This document shows positions 56,701-64,000 of a DNA stretch of 64,000 nt, piece by piece; positions within the stretch are counted from its first letter, which is position 1, and each line of letters opens with the position of its first letter. The stretch is from Tubiluchus corallicola (lineage: Eukaryota > Animalia > Priapulida). The DNA is taken from positions 434,001 to 498,000 of the forward strand of contig JAQGDQ010000108.1 in assembly GCA_030141605.1 (NCBI GenBank), read 5' to 3'. The notes under the pieces are model-generated. The model worked only from the letters and a program-made list of their open reading frames with translations. It ran no database searches and had not been told where the DNA came from. The position numbers were made by a program, and so were the translations under genes.

Positions 56701-59700
56701 TAGGCTGCAGCCTAGGGTTCCTCAAGCTTGGCGACCCTCAAGCCTTGGTAACATTTGGTACAAAATCTGTTTTCACTACGGTTGTGTTGAAATACGTGCT
56801 AATTTGATTTGGAATAAATAGTAAAATAGTGTTATTTCTCAAAAAATATTTTTGTTGACAAACAGGATATAGCTATTGTAGTTTATTTAAAGAATTTGCA
56901 CTAAGTTTACTCACGACTTATGTAAATGTCGCTAAAATATGCGAACAAAAAATATTCAAGACGGGTGCATACGAGTTAGAGGGTAGCTGCGTCTGAAGGA
57001 GGCCCATAATTTACCTAGCCAAAGGGTCCAAAAAGGTCATAATCCGGCCCTGGTAATGGCAGTACTAGTAGCAACCTAGTACTGTTCTTACCTGTTACAT
57101 AGCTTGGCTGCCGAAAGGAGATAAACCGGCTCATTGCGCGCATTGGAGAGGGTTTATTTAAAGATCGAAAACAGCATTTTTCATAGATGGATTATTTGTA
57201 TTTAGAAGTATTCATCATCAGTATTCATCGCATTTAGACGCTTAGTTTTTTTACATCTGATTTGTGTAATGTGGATTGTAGACTTTCCACTAGCTACTTT
57301 GAAGTCACTTAGTGGCCATCACATTTATTTAGAAATATTACACGTAGATCACATTGTTGGTATCAAAATTTAAAAAACAGACAGCACAACTGCTAACTGT
57401 GCAAACAAAACCAGTCAATTGGTTATATTTTTACTTTTATTGATGCTAAAATAATTTTATTTTCAAACAACTATTTTATTGAAACATTTTCTAATAAATC
57501 TGTTAATTTTAAGTGATAGGTTTCCCTCATAATATTTTACTTTTTCGCCAAATCATTTCAGTAATCAAGCTTCGCTTTTTCAGTTTTGAGGACTCTTAAC
57601 TTAAATCACTCCTAAATTATGATTTTGTACCTTATGATTTAGTAAATCTGCCCCCCCCCCGACGACAACGACCATCAGTTTTGTTTTACTCATACGATTA
57701 CTATGTACAATGGTTTTATATCCAGACGTTCCTGTGAAAAAGTGTAAGCCTTGGCCATGACTCCCATGGGTTGTCCATAAGAATATGCAGACAGAAAAGT
57801 TATGGCTTTTGATTTTTATTACTTAACCTGTTTCACTCGACAGAACTTGCTGTTGCTAAATTAGTCGACTGCAATGTCGTCACAGCTTAACAATTTATTC
57901 TAATTTGATTCACTAGAGCATTATGATTTATCAACTAAAACTTTTGTAGTCTAATTTCTTATACACTTGGGCACACGTACTGCATGCAGAAATCAAAATT
58001 AAACACCAGGGCCTGCTTAGTGCGATGTGGCGTTACCGGAACCTAACTCATTATCAAGTATAGCCCTCTATTTAATAATAATAATATTTATTTTGTATAG
58101 TGTTTAAATCTATAAACAGCACAACTGACAATATTCAAAGACGCTTCATAAATATACTTAAAATCATCATGAAGCACTTAAAAAAGGTTTACAAGATTAA
58201 ACAGCAATCCTATTAAATTTCATAAAATTACAGTAAGTAAATACATAAAAAATACACAGATTCACAAAATACAAGCATATAACGACAGTCAGGGATATTG
58301 TCAACCAGGGAGCTCGCAACAATCAAGGGTGTGCGGAAACTTGGATTTGGTAATTTCTAAAGTATCAGCAAAATAGGTTTCGCGTTTTTTCTTCTCATCA
58401 ACCATTATTCATATTTTCTATTTCTTTCTCAAATTATTAATCCCTCATCATATCACAAACGAAATGACGATTTGCAGAAACTTCAGTGCACATCTCGTGC
58501 ATAAAATTTTTAATTTCAGTTGGTAGAAGGTTCAAAATCCTCTAAAATGCAAAAAGTGCGTTGTTAATGCCCGGGCCCTGATGAAGGAACTTGCAACGCT
58601 CCCCCATACCCCCTAGCTGTTATTGTCTTGATCTCACCAATAATTTTACTTCCGACAGATTTAACGTTTTCTATGAGTGCAAAGTACAAAAAAGGTTGGG
58701 AAGCAATGCTCTAAATCTAGTATGAGTCAGTGAACTGAGCACTGAGCCACTGAAATAATAATGCTGCAGCATTATGCTGTCCAATTACTTGTAGAACTGT
58801 TATTCAAAAAATATTAGTATTAAAATCACCGATCAGTATTAAAAACTTGTTTTTTCCTTCAGTGACAACAACTCTGCTTCCATATTAATCTTACTATACT
58901 ATTTTGAACGTCTCCAATGGCATGAATATGATGATTATACCGCTGGAAACTATCTCCTGATTTTACATTTGATAATCCGGCTTTTTGCATATTTTTGAAT
59001 ACAATTTATGGGGTGTTCGTTTTTATCACGAAAGTTGATGAGATTTAAATAAACACTAGAATACTAACAAGGCTAAATTCTTCATGTTGTTACTTGCATA
59101 TTAGCACAATGCTTCTGTTTAGGGTTGCTGGCTTTCCCTAAAATTAATGTAGCCCTATGCTTTCCATGAGCTTCTCCGCTTAACCAGCATAATAGAGAAA
59201 TCACCGAAGCCCAGACATAGGGCGCATGCAGTCCTCGGGTAATAAAAGATCTAATGAGTGCTTGTTGTCTGTCCACCTTTATCTACCCATTTATTGAAAC
59301 TTACATAACATGGAAGCATTCTTCACCTGTAATACGTCTCAGGGTGTTTGGTTGTATTTTTTCAGTGTTTAGGTTTTAAAAAGCCATCCAGTAATTAGAT
59401 GCAAGTTTGCCACAGCTTTCGTCAGGACTTACTAAATATTTGGTTGTTTCGAGAGACGACAACACGACTAAAATTTCGTTTAGACGTGCGCGGAATGTAG
59501 GCGTGTGATCCTCACAAAGGTTGTTGATGGTTGAAGCCAAGTAAGCAATGTCTGAACATGTCAAGGTGGCAAACAGCAGAAAAGTATAACGTTAACAGAA
59601 ATTAAGTGAAAAGGCTAGGATGTCAACACCCTTGTCAACTTACGTAAAGTTACGAAAAAAATGAATTTGCTTGATCATATTTCAAAGACATACGTTTACT

Positions 59701-62700
59701 ATCTGTTAACTTAGTGTAAAAGCAGCCGTATCCATGTAATTCGTGCAAACAACAGTAAAAAGTTCATAGTGACAGTCTGAATGTAGCTACATAATTTATA
59801 TATGGCTTGCAAACTGAATATTTTTACATGTAGTTATTACATGAACTTTGAGGTGATACTCAGCTTTTACACTTCTTTGAAGTGAGTTATAACAAGTTCG
59901 ATTCGAACTTTTGGTCGATGTGCTCACTGAACTGAAGATCTTGATTACAAACGACATGAGTGTCGCCACCTTTAACTTAAGGCGCTAAATTTAACATCCG
60001 ATGACGATCCATTACAAATTCGAGGAGCCTTAGGCTTTTTTGAAAAAGGTCATCCACAACAGCAAGAACAACAACAACACCATCCAGAAGACTAGCGATC
60101 TGTTGTCCCTCGACCAAAAATCGCGCTTGCGTGTCAGAACTATTGCAGTTAAAAACTCTTACTATGCTGCCGGAAATTCTATCCAAGCACGATTAAACTT
60201 AATCCAAACAAGCTATCACATGCAACTTCTTTTGTAGTGATAATCCGAAAAAGGAAACCAAGCAAAGAGGCTCTTAATCTAACGTAATAGAACTGGCTAC
60301 ATTGTCCCTTATAAGCTGTCGTGAATCTGCCGTGTTGGATTAACTGCAATAGCCACAATGTTTGCGAGACGCCATTTTAGCTACTGAAAAAACCTTGTTA
60401 TTGTGCTTTTGTCTTTCTAATTTTTGCGCAGAATCAACCATCTTGAAATTTAGAAACCTTTGAAGTTTGAAAGCAATCTTCTCAAATAGGCTTCCATATG
60501 CATTCGAAGCTTTTTTCCGTAATGCAAACTGTCTTGTAATATAGCTTTTGGGTATAGGCGAGTTATTTTCCAAGTAATTATTTTTTCAACTTCGATCAAA
60601 GTACTCAAAAATCACAGAAAAATCTCGATGATAGATTGACATATTCTGTACTTATCGGCATGCATGTCTTGACCTTATCAGTTTTTACTAATGTCGTCAT
60701 TTTTCGGTTATTCTGTAATGTTGGCAAAACGGAACTGAGCGAACAATTTTCGTGCATTATTTCCGGTTATTTAGCTGTCATAACATCTTCGAAACTTAGG
60801 GAAAAAGCAGAATTTGGAAATGAGTTAACTTCAAAGACTATTAACTTCAACTTGTATGCAAAAAAGTGCTTGAGAACGCAAAAAAGACGTATAAAGGCAA
60901 CAGTAATTTAAAATGAAACGGAAAAGGGCAAAGGTAATAAAGACAATGGTGCATAAGCAAACCAGTAGCAAAAAAGCAAAGATTGGAGGTAAAAAAACAA
61001 AAACAAATAAGTCAAAGATAAAAAATAATGGCAAGTTGGCCAAATGTTTTCATGAATTTTATATTATCTTTTTTACCGATTGTTTTCTTTTTACTTTGCC
61101 GTTTTATCACTCTATCATTGCCTTCCTTGTTGCCTTTGTTGACCTTTGCCTACTTTACCATTGTTTACTGACAATTATACTTTTTACCTTCACGTTGCCA
61201 TTGTTTTTTCCTGTTACTTTTTACCATTGTCTTTTTACCTATTGCCTTTCACTTTTTTCTTCTGACGTTGTATTTTTTATCTAATGTTGTTACTATCTAC
61301 TGTTTATTTTTTTACTTTTACATATTTTGCTGTTGTGCTTATTGCTTTTGCCTTATGTTACCGTTGTCTTTTCTTGTTTGACATTTTTACCTGTCTTTAT
61401 AATTTTTCTTACCAAAATTCCTATAATGCATGTGTTGCCACTAACGAAGTAAATTCACCGACTGGTGCATGTTCTGCAGTGCACAGCTTCGGAGAATTTA
61501 TGTACAAATTCTGTACTCACATGTCTTCAATATGTGGGTCACACAAGTTAAAATAAGTGTGTCTAATAATTCCTTCAACAAGCTCCCACAGACCATGTTT
61601 GTTCCTGTACCTAATATTCATTACTATTCTGCTTTCAATGCGGCAACAATTCATGGAGTTCTTGGACAGTAATTATTTTTTCTTGGCGTCTGGCCTCTGC
61701 GGGCGGATCATGAACACTAATAACACTAGCGGAATGACAAGGTGGACAAGGCAAAACAAACTCGTACGTGAATGAAAGTATTTGCGACCAAATCACAAAT
61801 GTGTAAATATGGCAGAAGCCACAGAAATAAGATGTTTTTCTCAGAGAAGCGGAACACGCACTAAGGAAGTCGAAGGCAATCCATTTCCATCGCATACTGG
61901 CCTTTCTGATTCCGATCTGAGACGGGAAAATTCTTTTTCCTTAATTATGAAAAAGCTCGACGGCGATTAATTTGACAGCAAACAGCTAAAAAAAGTTTCT
62001 TTAAAGTGCAACTGGAAAACATTCAAAGTGACTGTCATATTTGCTGAGGCTGAAAAAAGGTTAATTTTCAATTTGATTTACGCAGCGTGTACTATTACTA
62101 AAACAAACGTTAACATTTTTTAGCGTAAACGATTTAAACTTTCAGAAAAGATGAATATATTATGAAACAACTAATAAGAAATTCCACAGCTCCTAGTATT
62201 CCTGAAATGCCAGACATGAAAGTAGATCGGCGTCTGTTAAATCGTTATTTTATACTAGATGGCATCGGAATGTTCAGCATCAGACCCTTGCATAACTGTA
62301 CAGCTTGAGTGAATTTTGTTCAAAGATTATTTTTTTATACTTTTTGTTGTACGTAATCCTGTATATAGGGTATCTCAAAAGTCACTATACACTTTGATTT
62401 CTCATTTTCTTTTTAAAATTTTCTACAATCGTAAATGAAAAGTAGCCTCTAGCAATGCTCTTTGTTTTTTATTGCAACCCCGCTGCTTTGGTGGTGACAG
62501 CAACGTTAGAAATGAAGTATAAAATCAGCTAGGCATGATGAGTCCCTCGACCATCAACTGAAGCGCAGCAGAAATTCAAAGCATTAGATGGACCACATTA
62601 TTGTCTCATTATTAACAATGTAATTTTTAACAAGGTGCAACCTTTCCTCATAAATCCATGGGCTGTAACAGACTTTCTCAACGCAAGATAACACCGACTT

Positions 62701-63932
62701 GCCGTTAGATTAATCTCTGAGGCTCATAAGGTCCCCGACGACGGTAGCGGAAATAATAAAGCCTACTTGTGCAGTAGTTCTTTACAGATTTTCGTCTAAT
62801 CATATAAAAAAATTGTTTTAGTTCAAGGTTTGCGTTGGACAACCTTTGTCCAAGGTTTTAATTCATCTTTACCAATTTTCAAACATTTTGCTTTCTTTGT
62901 TAAAAATGCAGAAAATGTAAAGTATATACTTGTTTCTGACACACCCTGCTGTATAATAAGCTGTAACGATTTACGGATATATATAAGCAAATTTTATAAA
63001 TAACCTAGCGCAAAAATCACCCTAAAGTTAAATCAAAGTTAAATTTCATAAATTATTTTAATTAAGATCATTTAAGAACGTAACAAAGAAAGCGTTCACA
63101 GTTGGCTGGTTTTGAGAAGTGTTCATTCTATTTTTTCTTCATAGATACGTTGCCATAGTCCATCCACTGGAAGCTAGAAAATTCAACAGCAAATCAAGAG
63201 CTAGGAAAATCTTAGCTTTAGTGTGGATAACGCCGGCAATTGTCGCAACACCTTACCTGCAGAAATCAACGGTAAGACATATATGACACTATCTTCTCAG
63301 TCCAGCTAAGCTTTGCATTAGTTTTCAAGGAAGTAATTAAGACATGCATACATAGCCTTATTTCAAAAAGGCCTTTTGTTTTTGCAAATTACTCTTTGTC
63401 ATTTTCTGGAGCTGTTTGACAATGGAAGTAAATTTAGATTGATTTGATTGTAAGTTTAACCAAATTTCACAATGAACGAGAGCTCATACTGTTTCTTGAC
63501 CACTCATTAGAAATGAACAAGTAGGTTATCAAAGATTTACGCAATTAAAATCAATTAAACTTAATTAAATTTATTAACATCAAATAAGTAATAACAAGCA
63601 TATATCTTCGGCCAATTTCTCTAGTTATTTTGCAATTGTTTAGCAGAAATCATTTTTCCATTAAAGAGAGGAATTTAAAACTGGGCAAATGATGCCAGCG
63701 TAAAGCGCATAAACGCCGGACAATGACGTAAGTTGATGTTATGTTTTCTTTTGATTTTTATTCATTTCCATTTTTAAGGTCAAAGAAGCAACATTTTACA
63801 GCGATCTGGGAACCATCAGAAGAAAACTTTGCCAAGACGAAATGGACGCCAAGATGACGAAGGCCTTCTACACTTTTCTTTTCTTTTTTATCTACGTCAT
63901 GCCGCTAATTTTTATTTCTGTCACTTGTTTAG
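50181..63932 (+). CDS. Rhodopsin-class neuropeptide GPCR (QRFPR/orexin/NPFF/CCK-receptor-like), 5' part TM1-TM5; continues beyond the window
   Basis: Exons 50181-50740, 63145-63271 and 63779-63932 join in frame: GN (TM1), NYYIANLAVSD (TM2), C..ER|YVAIVHPL (TM3, phase-2 intron inside ERY), W..P (TM4), ECL2 Cys, FIYVMPL (TM5). Confidence 0.9.
51149..51557 (+). mobile_element. hAT-like MITE, copy A
   Basis: TIRs CAGGGTCGAATTA / TAATCCGGCACTC; 8-bp TSD CACACAAT / CAGACAAT (7/8); homologous to 56671-57052 in the opposite orientation. Confidence 0.8.
52930..53095. repeat. Degenerate (AAC)n tract
   Basis: Runs of aacaac and acgac. Confidence 0.65.
53880..55040 (+). mobile_element. Decayed L2/CR1-like LINE 3' region
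   Basis: Frame LYAPYIYLYC...W...ILFKLGF resembles the PYLxYC..W..PLF motif of L2/CR1 RT tails; ends with AATAAA(CAAA)n at ~55027. Confidence 0.35.
55350..55670. repeat. (GACT/GACC)n tetranucleotide microsatellite
   Basis: About 80 units of gact with gacc variants. Confidence 0.95.
56671..57052 (-). mobile_element. hAT-like MITE, copy B (inverted relative to copy A)
   Basis: TIRs CAGAGCCGGATTA / TAATCCGGCCCTG; internal ggctgcagcctaggg-cctcaagcttgg is the reverse complement of copy A; TSD degenerate. Confidence 0.8.
60880..61415. repeat. Foldback-like degenerate repeat with inverted arms
   Basis: Left arm has AAAGGCAA/AAAGGTAA/AAAGAC units; right arm has TTGCCTTT/TTTTACC/TTGTCTTT units. Confidence 0.55.
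62364..62948. mobile_element. Tc1/mariner-like MITE
   Basis: Ends TATAGGGTATCTCAAAAGT..TATACAC / GTATATAC..TTCTGACACACCCTG resemble CAGGGTGT-type TIRs. Confidence 0.55.
63145..63271 (+). CDS. GPCR coding exon 2 (ICL2-TM4)
   Basis: YVAIVHPLEARKFNSKSRARKILALVWITPAIVATPYLQKST; catag / gtaag. Confidence 0.9.
63779..63932 (+). CDS. GPCR coding exon 3 (ECL2-TM5)
   Basis: VKEATFYSDLGTIRRKLCQD...FYTFLFFFIYVMPLIFISVTCL; donor gtattt. Confidence 0.88.
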
Positions 63933-64000
63933 GTATTTATCATGATTCCAATTACTATCATTTGTTTTAATGAAGTTCACAGATAGTAAGCAATATAATC

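Overview
AT-rich, intron-rich eukaryotic DNA from an invertebrate animal. I found no prokaryotic features, CRISPR arrays, rRNA or tRNA genes. Four protein-coding genes can be rebuilt by hand from splice sites and translation. (1) A two-exon ZFP36/TIS11 tandem CCCH zinc-finger gene on the minus strand, with AU-rich elements in its own 3' UTR. (2) A divergently transcribed SETD3 actin-histidine methyltransferase with 14 coding exons (plus strand, 12940-41386, 504 aa), whose fifth coding intron looks U12-type. (3) A 402-aa mucin-like type I membrane protein with a PDZ-binding tail, nested antisense in the 14-kb SETD3 intron 7. (4) The first three coding exons of a rhodopsin-class neuropeptide GPCR that runs off the window end. 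The rest is introns and intergenic DNA with MITEs (piggyBac-, hAT- and Tc1-like), LINE/SINE remnants and microsatellites. The most interesting unexplained element is inside SETD3 intron 7: a TATA/Inr/NRF1-like promoter at ~30.8 kb followed by ~1.2 kb of hairpin-dense sequence that ends in a GC-rich, multibranched ~350-nt domain matching no RNA family I can recognise. All pairings and alignments were done by eye and need computational confirmation.
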